Sequence record: PZ445440.1
Origin: a phage
DNA length: 64,000 bases
Strand: one strand, 5' to 3'
Of the stretch, positions 18,105 through 27,987 are shown piece after piece. Position 1 is the first letter of the stretch. Each line of letters opens with the position of its first letter. A program made the translations under genes and the position numbers. The notes under the pieces were generated by a model, which was given only the letters and a program-made list of their open reading frames with translations, was not told where the DNA came from and searched no databases.

Positions 18105-19918
18105 TGGTGTTTAACCCTATGCATGATTTCTTTATTTTTGCCTAGATTAAATCCGCGTTCGTTTGGATTTCCCAAATAACCGCATGTTCTTCTTATTGTG
18201 TTCATCTTTTTAGGATCAGTTTCTCCGCAAACTGAACAAACAAATCCATTTTCAGTAGGAGTCATTTCATGAGTACTTCCGCATGTAAAACATTTATCTA
18301 CTGGCATATTAACACCAAAATAATCTAAATGTTGTGCAGCATAATCCCAGACAGCCTCAAGTCCTTTTAAGTTATTTTTCATATCAGGAAGTTCAACATA
18401 AGAAATGTGACCACCTGTCGCAATGAAATGATATGGCGCTTCACGAGAAATCTTTTCAAACGGAGTAATATTTTCTTCTACTGAAACATGGAAACTATTA
18501 GTGTACCAGCCTTTATCGGTAACATCTTTTACGCTTCCATATTTTTCTGTATCGAGTTTACAAAAGCGATAACAAAGGTTTTCAGCAGGAGTAGAATATA
18601 AACTAAAAGCAAATCCGGTTCTTTCAGTCCACTGTTTAAGATGAGCATTCATTTTAGTTAAAATTTCTTGTCCAATATCACGACCGACAAGAATATTCAA
18701 TTCGTGAATACCGATGTATCCCAAAGACACTGAACTTCTACCATTTTTAAATAACTCAATTATGTCATCATCAGGTTTAAGACGAACCCCGAATGCACCT
18801 TCTTGGTAAAGAATAGGAGCAACAGTAGCTTTAACTCCTTTTAAGGAACTAATTCTACACATCAAGGCTTCAAAACACAGGTCCATTCGCTCGTCGAACA
18901 ATTCAGTAAATTTCTGTTCATTGAACTGTGTTCCAATATAAGAATCTAATGCGATACGAGGAAGATTCAGTGTTACAACACCGAGATTATTACGTCCATC
19001 AAGAATTTCATTACCAGTCGAATCTTTCCATACGCTCAAGAAACTACGGCAGCCCATTGGAGAAACTGGAACTGAAGAACCGGTAATAGCTTTATTATTC
19101 TTAACCGAAATAATGTCAGGATACATTCTTTTGCTTGCACATTCTAACGCAAGTTGTTTAATATCATAGTTCGGATCATCTTTATAAAGATTAACACCTT
19201 CTTCAACAAACATAACAAGCTTAGGGAAAATAGGAGTTATTCCATCACGACCAAGACCTTTAATGCGGTTTTTAAGAATTGCCTTCTGAATCATTCGTTC
19301 AGTCCAATCGGTTCCCGTACCAAATGTAATTGTTACAAAAGGAGTTTGTCCGTTTGAACTAAAGAGAGTATTTACTTCATATTCATAAGCTTGGAATGCG
19401 TCATAGACATCTTTTTCTGTTTTAGATTGAGCATAATTCAGAATGTCTGGTATTTGCCATTTTTCTGCATCTTCAACATGTTTAGCGTATGTGCGTTTAA
19501 CATAAGGAGAAAGAACTTTATCGACATTCGCAAATGTAGTTCCGCCATACTGGTGTGAAGCAACTTGCGCGGTAATTTGTGCCATAATTGCAGTAGCAAC
19601 GCCAATTGATTTAGGAGTTTCAATCTGTGCATTACCAAGCTTAAATCCGTTCTCAAGCATTCCTTTTAAATCTACTAAACAGCAATTAGTAAATGGAAGA
19701 GCAGGAGAATAATCAATATCATGCATGTGAATGATTCCGCTTTCATGCGCATTCATAATAAAAGACGGGACCATATTTTTGGCAATGTGCTTAGACACAA
19801 TACCAGCCATAAGGTCCCGTTGAGTTGGAAAAACACGAGAATCTTTATTAGCATTCTCGTTCAAAAGATCTTTATTAGTTTTATGAATTAATCCTTCAAT
19901 TTCTTTTTCAATTTTCAT
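18101..19918 (-). CDS. nrdD: anaerobic ribonucleotide reductase NrdD (glycyl radical enzyme), uninterrupted
   Basis: 605 aa, C-terminal RRTCGYLG glycyl-radical motif and CxxC zinc ribbon. Confidence 0.95.
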   Translation of the reverse strand: MKIEKEIEGLIHKTNKDLLNENANKDSRVFPTQRDLMAGIVSKHIAKNMVPSFIMNAHESGIIHMHDIDYSPALPFTNCCLVDLKGMLENGFKLGNAQIETPKSIGVATAIMAQITAQVASHQYGGTTFANVDKVLSPYVKRTYAKHVEDAEKWQIPDILNYAQSKTEKDVYDAFQAYEYEVNTLFSSNGQTPFVTITFGTGTDWTERMIQKAILKNRIKGLGRDGITPIFPKLVMFVEEGVNLYKDDPNYDIKQLALECASKRMYPDIISVKNNKAITGSSVPVSPMGCRSFLSVWKDSTGNEILDGRNNLGVVTLNLPRIALDSYIGTQFNEQKFTELFDERMDLCFEALMCRISSLKGVKATVAPILYQEGAFGVRLKPDDDIIELFKNGRSSVSLGYIGIHELNILVGRDIGQEILTKMNAHLKQWTERTGFAFSLYSTPAENLCYRFCKLDTEKYGSVKDVTDKGWYTNSFHVSVEENITPFEKISREAPYHFIATGGHISYVELPDMKNNLKGLEAVWDYAAQHLDYFGVNMPVDKCFTCGSTHEMTPTENGFVCSVCGETDPKKMNTIRRTCGYLGNPNERGFNLGKNKEIMHRVKHQ

Positions 19919-20388
19919 TTTAAACTCTTTCTAAGCTGCTTTTTGAATGAAGCTATTAATTGTGTTTTAGTATCAGATTCATTATATTCAAATCCTCTTT
20001 GAAGCATCTCGACCATCATTTCCTCTTTACCTAGTCTTGAGAACTCTTTAGTTTTGTCTGGAACAAAATTAGGATGGATATTATTAGCAGAATAATCTTG
20101 TTTCAAATAAGCAAGAAGAGCTTCAAGCCATTCGAGGTAGTCGACATCACGTCCTTTAAGACCAGAACGGTTGAACTTATGCTTCATTTGGCCTTCTGCT
20201 GCGTTGCACAGAGAACAGAGTAACCCACGAACCTTACCAGCTTTTGGCCCGTTTAATTCATGGTCGTGGTCAAGATGGTTACCTTGAACATCAGGGTCTA
20301 ATTCACGGTGGCAAATAGGACACTTACCGTTCTGTGCATCATAAAATTTTTGTTTTTCTTCTTTATATTTTGCGCCTGATAATAACAT
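19915..20388 (-). CDS. 49: endonuclease VII (Holliday junction resolvase) gp49
   Basis: 157 aa, QNGKCPICHREL...HLDHDHELNGPKAGKVRGLLC matches T4 endo VII. Confidence 0.95.
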   Translation of the reverse strand: MLLSGAKYKEEKQKFYDAQNGKCPICHRELDPDVQGNHLDHDHELNGPKAGKVRGLLCSLCNAAEGQMKHKFNRSGLKGRDVDYLEWLEALLAYLKQDYSANNIHPNFVPDKTKEFSRLGKEEMMVEMLQRGFEYNESDTKTQLIASFKKQLRKSLK

Positions 20389-20423
20389 GATAAACCCTTA
20401 CCTTAAATAGATAAGGGTATTTA

Positions 20424-20849
20424 TTAACTTAAACGTCTTTCTAAATATTCAATGTATTCCGCTGCGGCTTGCATCAGATTACCTTCATAACCATCATTAT
20501 TTTCTTGACCGGCTAATTTAGCTAATGCATAAGAAATTCGTTCACCTTCGAATTCGCCAAGTTTACTACCTAGCACATCCGCAATATCAGCCGAATCAAT
20601 TTCTTCGAGTTCATCTATTGAATGAGATTCCCAGAAGCACCAAAGAGAAGTATCACGGTCATAGATGCAAAGTTTCTCACCTGTGTTCAACATCACTTCG
20701 TTAATGCCATGGTCGCCATAACCATCTTCGGTAGTAGTACCAATTACCTTGATGATTGTTCCTTTCTTTAATTCAGGAAACTTGACTTGTAGTTCTTCAT
20801 CTTCTTTAACAATCTTGAACCATTTACCGCGAGTTTCAGAAATATTCAT
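20424..20849 (-). CDS. hypothetical protein
   Basis: track ORF trimmed to internal ATG (MNISETRGKW...). Confidence 0.5.
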   Translation of the reverse strand: MNISETRGKWFKIVKEDEELQVKFPELKKGTIIKVIGTTTEDGYGDHGINEVMLNTGEKLCIYDRDTSLWCFWESHSIDELEEIDSADIADVLGSKLGEFEGERISYALAKLAGQENNDGYEGNLMQAAAEYIEYLERRLS

Positions 20850-20850
20850 A

Positions 20851-21048
20851 TCAATATTCTCTATAAAAGTTACGATGAGAACGTTTAGCTTTGCGAAGCT
20901 GACGTTTAGTAGGACGAACTGTAAATGGTTGTCCAGAGAAAAAATTCGGATCGGTTTTAATAAGCAAATACCAATCATGTTTGCCATTTTTTAATAAACG
21001 GTACAATAATTTAACTTGCATAATAATCTCTTCCCATTTCCATATCAA
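20851..21048 (-). CDS. hypothetical basic protein
   Basis: track ORF. Confidence 0.45.
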   Translation of the reverse strand: MIWKWEEIIMQVKLLYRLLKNGKHDWYLLIKTDPNFFSGQPFTVRPTKRQLRKAKRSHRNFYREY

Positions 21049-21149
21049 TTAATTCATTTATTGAAGGTTCATCATAACATGGTTCTTCGTCGTTGTAAAC
21101 TGTTTCGACGTCTGGCTCGACTGTCTCCCATCGAGCAGAATACCACGGT

Positions 21150-21506
21150 TTAACCCCGGAGTTTATTGAGCTCTTCATAATCAATCCAGGATTCTAGCCC
21201 TGATGGCAGGTCACATTCAATGTTCCACAGAAGCTCTTCAATGGCTTGCAGGCGATTATATTCTTCAACGGTAATGGTAACCATTGGTGCAACCGGTTCT
21301 GCCTTTTTAACCATCATATCGTTCATCAGGACGTAAAGGTCATCACGAACGACAGTGTCGTTCCATCCCCATGATTTGGCTTCGTAAGCTAATGATGAAG
21401 GGAGCACATTTAAAACTTCAATAATAGTTGGAGCATCAGGACCAAGTTCATTGGCACAAACTTCGTATACATCTTGGAAATCTTTAAGATTTAATGAATA
21501 TGTCAT
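21150..21506 (-). CDS. hypothetical protein
   Basis: track ORF. Confidence 0.5.
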   Translation of the reverse strand: MTYSLNLKDFQDVYEVCANELGPDAPTIIEVLNVLPSSLAYEAKSWGWNDTVVRDDLYVLMNDMMVKKAEPVAPMVTITVEEYNRLQAIEELLWNIECDLPSGLESWIDYEELNKLRG

Positions 21507-21524
21507 TTAAAATTTTCTCGCAGG

Positions 21525-21821
21525 TTATTGTTCTACCCATGAACAAGAGACTTCAAAATCAGGACCACCGTATTCCCAGTGATATTCACCAACAGGAATC
21601 CAGTCACCGTGCTCGTTTTCTTCATAGTCCTCAGGCTCAAGGCCAACGAATCGCCATTGGACACCGATGATTCGATTACCCATCATTACTCGAAATTCGC
21701 CCCATGGATTATCGATAGCATACTGAATATCGTTCTTGGCACGAGAGCACATTTCTTGATATAATAAAGCTTCTAATTCACCCTGGTCATAAGGGCCAGG
21801 GAAAGTTAAATCAATACTCAT
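21525..21821 (-). CDS. hypothetical protein
   Basis: track ORF. Confidence 0.5.
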   Translation of the reverse strand: MSIDLTFPGPYDQGELEALLYQEMCSRAKNDIQYAIDNPWGEFRVMMGNRIIGVQWRFVGLEPEDYEENEHGDWIPVGEYHWEYGGPDFEVSCSWVEQ

Positions 21822-22081
21822 TTAAAATATTCTCGTAGTTGGTCAAATCCACCAATGTGACTTCCATCAGGAGCAAACACTTGAGGCATAGTCAATCCGA
21901 CTTGTGATTCACGTCCAAGCTTAACCAGAAGCTCAGCAATTTTCTCATCATCAAAAACACCTTTTTCTGGCATAACATTAATGAATTCGAACGGCTGTTT
22001 CTTAACAGTCAGCAATCGTTTCGCATTATCACAATAAATGCATTTATGAATAGTAGAGTCATACCCGTACACTTTAAACAT
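21818..22081 (-). CDS. nrdC: thioredoxin NrdC
   Basis: MFKVYGYDSTIHKCIYCDNAKRLL...GGFDQLREYFK matches T4 NrdC. Confidence 0.9.
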   Translation of the reverse strand: MFKVYGYDSTIHKCIYCDNAKRLLTVKKQPFEFINVMPEKGVFDDEKIAELLVKLGRESQVGLTMPQVFAPDGSHIGGFDQLREYFK

Positions 22082-22487
22082 TATTTTTCCTTTCATCGAT
22101 TAAATATGCAATGCCAAATACAATACATGTAATAAAACCTGTGATACAGATAGAAACCAACAACACCGTACCAAAGAACCAAATCAAGTTATCTTTAGTA
22201 GTTTGTTTGATATCCATCTCACGAATTTCTATAGCTATCGTATCACCTTTATTCAGAAGCGTATAAAACGACGGTGATACACGCCTGTCAAAAACTCGTC
22301 CTTGTTCATCTTTATAAACTGCAATAAATTCTAATTTAGAATATTTTCCTGTAGATTGGCCTGAGATTAATTCCACTACCTCCACAGGAATTACTTTAGT
22401 TTCCATGTAAGTATTCTGGCTGTTCCAAATGAATGGAATGATGGCAAAAACTAAAGCTGCAATAAAACAACGAAGGCTATATCTCAT
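22074..22487 (-). CDS. membrane protein (N- and C-terminal TM segments)
   Basis: track ORF. Confidence 0.5.
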   Translation of the reverse strand: MRYSLRCFIAALVFAIIPFIWNSQNTYMETKVIPVEVVELISGQSTGKYSKLEFIAVYKDEQGRVFDRRVSPSFYTLLNKGDTIAIEIREMDIKQTTKDNLIWFFGTVLLVSICITGFITCIVFGIAYLIDERKNNV

Positions 22488-22792
22488 TATAATGTTCTCT
22501 CAAATTTGTGGAAGCATTTACGGCATTTCAATTTCAAGTTATCAGTGGTCCAGTTAACCAGTTGGACTTGGATAGTTCCACATTCCGGACATGGATGTTT
22601 TGCTGCCGATTTGGCAGCATTTTCACGTCGTTCAACCATTTTCATGATTTCGTTCCATGCCGGAGGAACGAACTCTTCTTCACTATGAATTTTATCTCGT
22701 TGAACAAATTCAATCTTTGAACTATCGTCAATAAACTTAACCAAGCGGTGATTAGTGTTCATATCAATATCTTCTAAAAGACGTAGTTTCAT
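22487..22792 (-). CDS. zinc-ribbon protein
   Basis: CPECG...CRKC. Confidence 0.5.
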   Translation of the reverse strand: MKLRLLEDIDMNTNHRLVKFIDDSSKIEFVQRDKIHSEEEFVPPAWNEIMKMVERRENAAKSAAKHPCPECGTIQVQLVNWTTDNLKLKCRKCFHKFERTL

Positions 22793-23742
22793 TATAACAC
22801 CTCAATGGCATTTCGTAAACCATCCGCTTTAGCATTCAGAGCTTTTAACGATTTAGTTTGTTCTGCAATCTGGGCTTCGACTTCTTTCAGACGAGATTTG
22901 AGATATTCGCGTTCTTCTCTTAAGTTATCAACTTTTTCTGCTTTAGGCTCTTTAATAGACTTAGGTTTATATGTATTAGGGTTCTTCAACTTAATTTGAA
23001 TGCGAGAACTGAATAACATCGAACCGTTATCTTCGGTTTCACTGTGCATTTCTACCACATCCATGATTCTTAACATCATGCGAAGTTTATAAGACAGCGA
23101 ACGAACGGTTTTATTGTGCTTCTTAATTTCTTCAGCTTTCATGGTGCCGAGATTACGTGAGTAGTAATAAGGAACCTGGATATCAATTGATAATGATGCG
23201 TTACCATTACCAGTTGGTTTGAATACTGCAGTAACCCAATCTTTAACATGAACTTTATTTGTACGATCATCGCCGCCTGTGAATAATTTACAAGAATGTT
23301 TAAAAAGCATATTCACTTGGTTATTGAATTCACAAGCAAATTTATCAGCAAATTTAGTTTCAGGAATGGTAGTTAACCATTCAGCCAAATGAGTCTTTTT
23401 AACATCATTAACAATAGTGAATTCAACCAAATCGGTTTTAGTTGTCACAGATTTAATAAAGCTCGGCTTCATAAAGTTTTTAATGTTATCGCGAGCTACA
23501 GTAGAAGATAATAAACGAGAACGTTTGAACCATTGAAGCAACGTCCCTAACGAATGAGAATACGCATTTTGAGTATCTTTACAGATATGATTTTCTTGGC
23601 CTATGTATGTACCAAAATCGCGAAGAATACCACTTACTACATCTCGGTGTGGAACATCAAATCCTAGTGCACCAGAAGCACGTTGGGCATGAACGTTAGC
23701 GATAAGACCTGCAAAGTATTCAATGTAATGTGAACGTGTCAT
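22792..23742 (-). CDS. hypothetical protein, 316 aa, C-terminal coiled coil
   Basis: track ORF; preceded by promoter cassette 23770-23799. Confidence 0.55.
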   Translation of the reverse strand: MTRSHYIEYFAGLIANVHAQRASGALGFDVPHRDVVSGILRDFGTYIGQENHICKDTQNAYSHSLGTLLQWFKRSRLLSSTVARDNIKNFMKPSFIKSVTTKTDLVEFTIVNDVKKTHLAEWLTTIPETKFADKFACEFNNQVNMLFKHSCKLFTGGDDRTNKVHVKDWVTAVFKPTGNGNASLSIDIQVPYYYSRNLGTMKAEEIKKHNKTVRSLSYKLRMMLRIMDVVEMHSETEDNGSMLFSSRIQIKLKNPNTYKPKSIKEPKAEKVDNLREEREYLKSRLKEVEAQIAEQTKSLKALNAKADGLRNAIEVL

Positions 23743-23769
23743 AATATTTTCCTCTCGTTAAGATAGATT

Positions 23770-23799
23770 CATTATACTCCAACCATCCTTGGTTGTAAA
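23770..23799 (-). promoter_or_regulatory. early promoter GTTTAC-N18-TATAAT with palindrome AACCAAGGATGGTT in the spacer
   Basis: read from sequence; near-identical copy at 24783-24811. Confidence 0.5.
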
Positions 23800-23804
23800 C
23801 TATT

Positions 23805-24764
23805 TTATGATTTTAATGCATTCATTGCGTTAAAAAGTTTAGAATACTGCAACTGGAGATTCGTTACAACACTTTGAGCATCACGAAGCTTAGCTTGTGC
23901 TTTGTCAAGTTCAACAGACAGTTGGTCTACAGTAGCCTTGATTTGGTTGTAATGATAATCTTCGGCTGGAAGAAGGTCATTAGAAACATTTAGTTTTACT
24001 GCAGACAGTTTGCACACATTTGGTAAACCTTTAAACATTGATTTACCTGAAGTAGAATAAGCACTTAGGACTTCAGCCTGTTCAATTGGGGTCCCAGTAA
24101 GCGATGCTTCGAACGTTGCATTTTCCTTTTTAAGATTTTGATAGTATTCAGAGTCTTTGTGCCACCATGGCGCAGGAACCTTTTTACCAATAGATACACG
24201 AGCCTGGATAGCGATATGGCCCTTATTCTTGATAGGGTCGATAATATTAAGCTCACGAGAATAAATTGCTTTAATCTCATGGATATTATCGCCTAACACT
24301 TCTAGCGCTTGGTGGAATACACGAGCAACGTTATCATTCTTAGGTTTATACGTAAGAGTGAACTCGTTCTCACTGATAACCATGATTTCTAACTTATCGT
24401 AAGTGTACTTAAGATGCTTCATGTTAACCGCTTGAGGACGAATACGAGAAGCAATGGCCATCAGATTGTTAAGGTTATTCCGGAACTGCTTAGCGAAATA
24501 TTGTCCTTCACCACCAATACAAAAATTACGAAGTTTCTGTTTGGCTAATAAACGGCTGAACTCACCATTTTTAATGAACTCTTTAACGGGTGTGTTAGTA
24601 ACGCATTCAAATTGAGTAAACTTACGAGAATTAATCCCATAATACGAACAGATTTCCTCAATCTCTTCAGGAGTCTTTACAGGCATACGGATAGGATTAG
24701 GTCCTGGAGTATATGCGTTCGAGGTAAATTCTTTGATAAGTTCTTTACGTGTAATAAAAGCCAT
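23805..24764 (-). CDS. hypothetical protein, 319 aa, C-terminal coiled coil
   Basis: track ORF. Confidence 0.55.
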   Translation of the reverse strand: MAFITRKELIKEFTSNAYTPGPNPIRMPVKTPEEIEEICSYYGINSRKFTQFECVTNTPVKEFIKNGEFSRLLAKQKLRNFCIGGEGQYFAKQFRNNLNNLMAIASRIRPQAVNMKHLKYTYDKLEIMVISENEFTLTYKPKNDNVARVFHQALEVLGDNIHEIKAIYSRELNIIDPIKNKGHIAIQARVSIGKKVPAPWWHKDSEYYQNLKKENATFEASLTGTPIEQAEVLSAYSTSGKSMFKGLPNVCKLSAVKLNVSNDLLPAEDYHYNQIKATVDQLSVELDKAQAKLRDAQSVVTNLQLQYSKLFNAMNALKS

Positions 24765-24782
24765 TTTATATTCCTCATGTTG

Positions 24783-24811
24783 AAAAATTTATTATACTCC
24801 AACCATCCTTG
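24783..24811 (-). promoter_or_regulatory. early-type promoter (TGTACA -35-like, TATAAT) with spacer palindrome AACCAAGGATGGTT
   Basis: read from sequence. Confidence 0.45.
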
Positions 24812-24819
24812 GTTGTACA

Positions 24820-25656
24820 TCATTCCTTAAGAAGTTTTACTACCTGAATAAGATTAGCTCGTTCTGTTTTATTTTTACCGTTTAAGCCTGCTAATCGTGA
24901 GATTTCATCGTCAGTCTGTTGAATAGTTACATTAAGTTCGTTAATCAAAGCTTCAAAGTATTTGATTTGCTCAGCATGTTTTGATTCAAATTTCTGAACC
25001 GGAATAACGTCTTGGTTTAGTTCATCAATAAGGTCTTTAAGAGCATCTTCTTGGTTGATATCATATTCAACTTCTTTTATTTCTTCAACGAGCTCGTCTT
25101 TATATCTAACGTCTTTTAGTCCTGGTGCTGGTCCTGAAATCTCTTCTTTAAGAGTACAAACATATCCAATACGGTATCCAATGCCGGCTCGCTTGATATC
25201 AACTTCGTCGATAAATCCACAATGTTTAAGCCCGGAGCCGATTAGGTCAAAATATCCTTGACGTCGTCCTTCAAACGTTACATGAACTACTAAGACAGTT
25301 TTACCTGCAACCTTTTGAAGCTCACATTTATAAAAGTCAGTTGAACCTGAATAACGTGGATGAGTTTTAAAGTTCATCTGACGATCTAGGCCCATTTGTA
25401 AACGCGCTGTTACGGCCAGAAAACGTGTTTGGTTCTCGTTAAGATGAGCAACAATCCATTTCAAAGGCATTTTACATTGGTCACGACAGAACAAATCAAC
25501 ATATCCAAGATTACGAAGGATATTGTTAGAGTTAATCATCGACAGAACGTTAAGTTTATTCAGCGCGCTGAAGATTCCATCAGCCATTGATTTTCCGTAA
25601 CCTTTACACGCTTTAATAAGTGCTCGCGGCAGATTAGTATAGATTTCAGACGGCAT
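24820..25656 (-). CDS. hypothetical protein, 278 aa, C-terminal coiled coil
   Basis: track ORF. Confidence 0.55.
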   Translation of the reverse strand: MPSEIYTNLPRALIKACKGYGKSMADGIFSALNKLNVLSMINSNNILRNLGYVDLFCRDQCKMPLKWIVAHLNENQTRFLAVTARLQMGLDRQMNFKTHPRYSGSTDFYKCELQKVAGKTVLVVHVTFEGRRQGYFDLIGSGLKHCGFIDEVDIKRAGIGYRIGYVCTLKEEISGPAPGLKDVRYKDELVEEIKEVEYDINQEDALKDLIDELNQDVIPVQKFESKHAEQIKYFEALINELNVTIQQTDDEISRLAGLNGKNKTERANLIQVVKLLKE

Positions 25657-25853
25657 ATGAAAATCAAATTTACTCTAACCAGTAATTGATGAACTTGGAT
25701 AGCAATTTGTTCATAATTAAGTGCTCTGCGATCATTATGGTCTTTAAACCACACTTTAATCTGTGAAGCACATAAACCGTTAATTTCATGTTTTACCGCA
25801 TCAGATGTAATGCTCATAACTATTTCCTCAGATTGAATTGGAACTCAAAACCA

Positions 25854-25880
25854 TTATAACCCGTCCTTGGGTAAAGCGTT
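25854..25880 (-). promoter_or_regulatory. middle-type promoter: MotA-box-like ACGCTTTAC, 13-nt spacer, TATAAT
   Basis: read from sequence. Confidence 0.4.
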
Positions 25881-26407
25881 TATGCGTGAACCGTCTTTAA
25901 ACGTTCTTCAAATTTCCGAAGAGTACTAATACGTTCTGCTTTCTGTTTTGTATAGTTTGCAATACGTTCTGAAGTGAGAGCGTATCGTTCGTTTACTGTT
26001 TCTTTCATGAAGTCAGTGATTTCACGAGAAGCTTTAATTTCATCAAACTTATCGAGTACTGCCTGATCTTCAGCAATTAAATTTTCGTACATCTCGATAT
26101 CTTTCTTGATGAAGTCGATATCTTCCTGGGTTACTTTGGATAAACGAGATGCTTTATCCTTTTTGTATTGCTCGTTAGTTTCACGAGACCAGAATAATGT
26201 ACGGTTTTTGTTGGTGTTTTTGTAGACTTCCACAATTCCAACTGAATCGATGATAACAATCCAATTCCAGCGAGATTTGAAAATCTGACCTCCGTCCACG
26301 GTAATCTCGTTACCATAAGCAACATCATTAAAGAACTTGCTTTGTGCTTCAGATTTAAATTTACCGTCGTTATAATTTACCAGGTTGAAAATATCTTTAG
26401 CGTTCAT
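25880..26407 (-). CDS. hypothetical protein
   Basis: track ORF. Confidence 0.55.
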   Translation of the reverse strand: MNAKDIFNLVNYNDGKFKSEAQSKFFNDVAYGNEITVDGGQIFKSRWNWIVIIDSVGIVEVYKNTNKNRTLFWSRETNEQYKKDKASRLSKVTQEDIDFIKKDIEMYENLIAEDQAVLDKFDEIKASREITDFMKETVNERYALTSERIANYTKQKAERISTLRKFEERLKTVHA

Positions 26408-26426
26408 GTTTTACCTCCAGTAGTTG

Positions 26427-26463
26427 ATAGGTCTATAATAACATAACCATAGACCTTGTAAAC
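26427..26463 (-). promoter_or_regulatory. early promoter GTTTAC/TTATTAT with inverted repeat ATAGGTCTAT/ATAGACCT around -10
   Basis: read from sequence. Confidence 0.5.
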
Positions 26464-26465
26464 AA

Positions 26466-26753
26466 CTAAAAGAAACTTTTTTCGGTATTTTTTCCACTGA
26501 ACCAAACCGACTTCGGGATTTTTTGTAATTTTTCAGATTTAAGTTTCTCTTCCTGTTCTTTCTTATATACACCCTTGTCGTACTGGAGCATCTCTATGGC
26601 ATTCTTTTGCAAACGATCTAAGGTAATTAAGGCTTTAGTTTTTCCTTTCAAGGAAGAGTCCTGGCGAACCTCCTCACTATATTGCATCGTAGAACTAACC
26701 ATACGATGAGCATACAGTTCGACTGCGGCTTTAATTTTTTGCATAAAATCCAT
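26466..26753 (-). CDS. hypothetical protein
   Basis: track ORF. Confidence 0.45.
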   Translation of the reverse strand: MDFMQKIKAAVELYAHRMVSSTMQYSEEVRQDSSLKGKTKALITLDRLQKNAIEMLQYDKGVYKKEQEEKLKSEKLQKIPKSVWFSGKNTEKSFF

Positions 26754-26891
26754 AACATATCCTCTTTGATTTGTACATCATTATTTTTAAATATTTCTAT
26801 GCCCTCAGTAGGTTCCTGGTGTCCTTCTTTGAGGTAAGCCATATGATTATTCATCTTTATGGCTTTTGTTACCTCAGAACTTCCTATAAGC

Positions 26892-27872
26892 TTATTTCAG
26901 TAAAGTTACTTCAGAGATTTCCTCCCAACCATCTTTATCAGTTGAAATAAAATCTGCTACATAAAGAGCCGTACGTAATGATACATTGCGAAGACGAGAT
27001 ACGTTAGCCTTCATCCAAGATAATGCTTTATACGTTTCTGCATCAGTCAGACCACGTTTCTGCATCATGTCAGTAGATAATATTACATCTTCAACTCGAA
27101 CCATAATCTCTTCATTAGAGTGTACTCCAAGGTCAAGATACACTGAACGAGATACTAAAGCTTGAAGGTGTGGAGCAAGTTTAGAACCGCGTTCTAACTC
27201 TTTATCGATATCAACGTTTGTAATGAAAACGATAGTACCTTCAAACTCAAATTCTTTATCGATACCCTTATCATCAAGATAAGATGATGCAGTGCTCCAA
27301 CAAACTTTGCGTTTATCACCGGTATCTAATGCGGCTTTAAGAAGGTTCAAGATGTCCATATCTGAGAATACGTCAACGTCGTCGATTAAGAGAACGCTGT
27401 CTGCATCACGGTTGAGCCAAAGTTGTTCGTAAAGGCCAATACCAGAGATTTTACCATTAATACTTTTGTATTTGATGAAACCATTATCATTAGCATTATT
27501 AAGTGCTTTATCCAGAGAATACGTCTTACCAATACCTGCTGCACCTGAAATAATGAGTGAACGAATTTTGCCATCGATAATGCCATTCGTCATCATGTTC
27601 ATTACTTTAAAGCGTTTGTTGATACGAGTTTTCATATCTTCAGTGCTTTCAATAACTGCAACTGGTGACGTCTCAACTCCTTCCATTACGATGTCTGATT
27701 TGAAGACCCATACTCCACGTTCAGAGCCATCAATCATAACGAAAATTTTACCATCACCTAAGTGGGAACATTCAGGATTAAGCTTTGCCGGGAACCATGT
27801 CTTTGTGGCAACATAAGAACCAGAGATTTCGTTATTACGATAGATACCTTTTTTGATTTGAACGTTGAACAT
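26892..27872 (-). CDS. AAA+/P-loop ATPase of unknown function
   Basis: Walker A SGAAGIGKT, Walker B VLLIDDVD, IVFITN; start at ATG preceded by GGAGAA. Confidence 0.65.
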   Translation of the reverse strand: MFNVQIKKGIYRNNEISGSYVATKTWFPAKLNPECSHLGDGKIFVMIDGSERGVWVFKSDIVMEGVETSPVAVIESTEDMKTRINKRFKVMNMMTNGIIDGKIRSLIISGAAGIGKTYSLDKALNNANDNGFIKYKSINGKISGIGLYEQLWLNRDADSVLLIDDVDVFSDMDILNLLKAALDTGDKRKVCWSTASSYLDDKGIDKEFEFEGTIVFITNVDIDKELERGSKLAPHLQALVSRSVYLDLGVHSNEEIMVRVEDVILSTDMMQKRGLTDAETYKALSWMKANVSRLRNVSLRTALYVADFISTDKDGWEEISEVTLLK

Positions 27873-27903
27873 TTTATTCTCCAAATTTACTCATTTCGTT
27901 TCG

Positions 27904-27939
27904 ATAGGTCTATAATAACATATCCTAAAAGCATGTACA
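27904..27939 (-). promoter_or_regulatory. early-type promoter (TGTACA, TTATTAT) with GATAGGTCTA element
   Basis: read from sequence. Confidence 0.4.
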
Positions 27940-27968
27940 CTACTTTTTAAAAATATTTTGACCCCCTA

Positions 27969-27986
27969 AAGGGCCCGAAGGCCCTT
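27969..27986 (-). terminator. hairpin AAGGGCC-TTCG-GGCCCTT downstream of 27988 gene
   Basis: read from sequence; U-tract not immediately adjacent. Confidence 0.35.
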
Positions 27987-27987
27987 A

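Noticed and set aside
18101-19918. Group I intron or intron-encoded endonuclease in nrdD (T4 has one)
   Set aside because: The nrdD reading frame is continuous for 605 codons with no insertion.
26131-27586. Nested minus-strand ORFs 26131-26328, 26648-26854 and 27386-27586
   Set aside because: They lie inside or across longer ORFs in other frames and have low-complexity translations.
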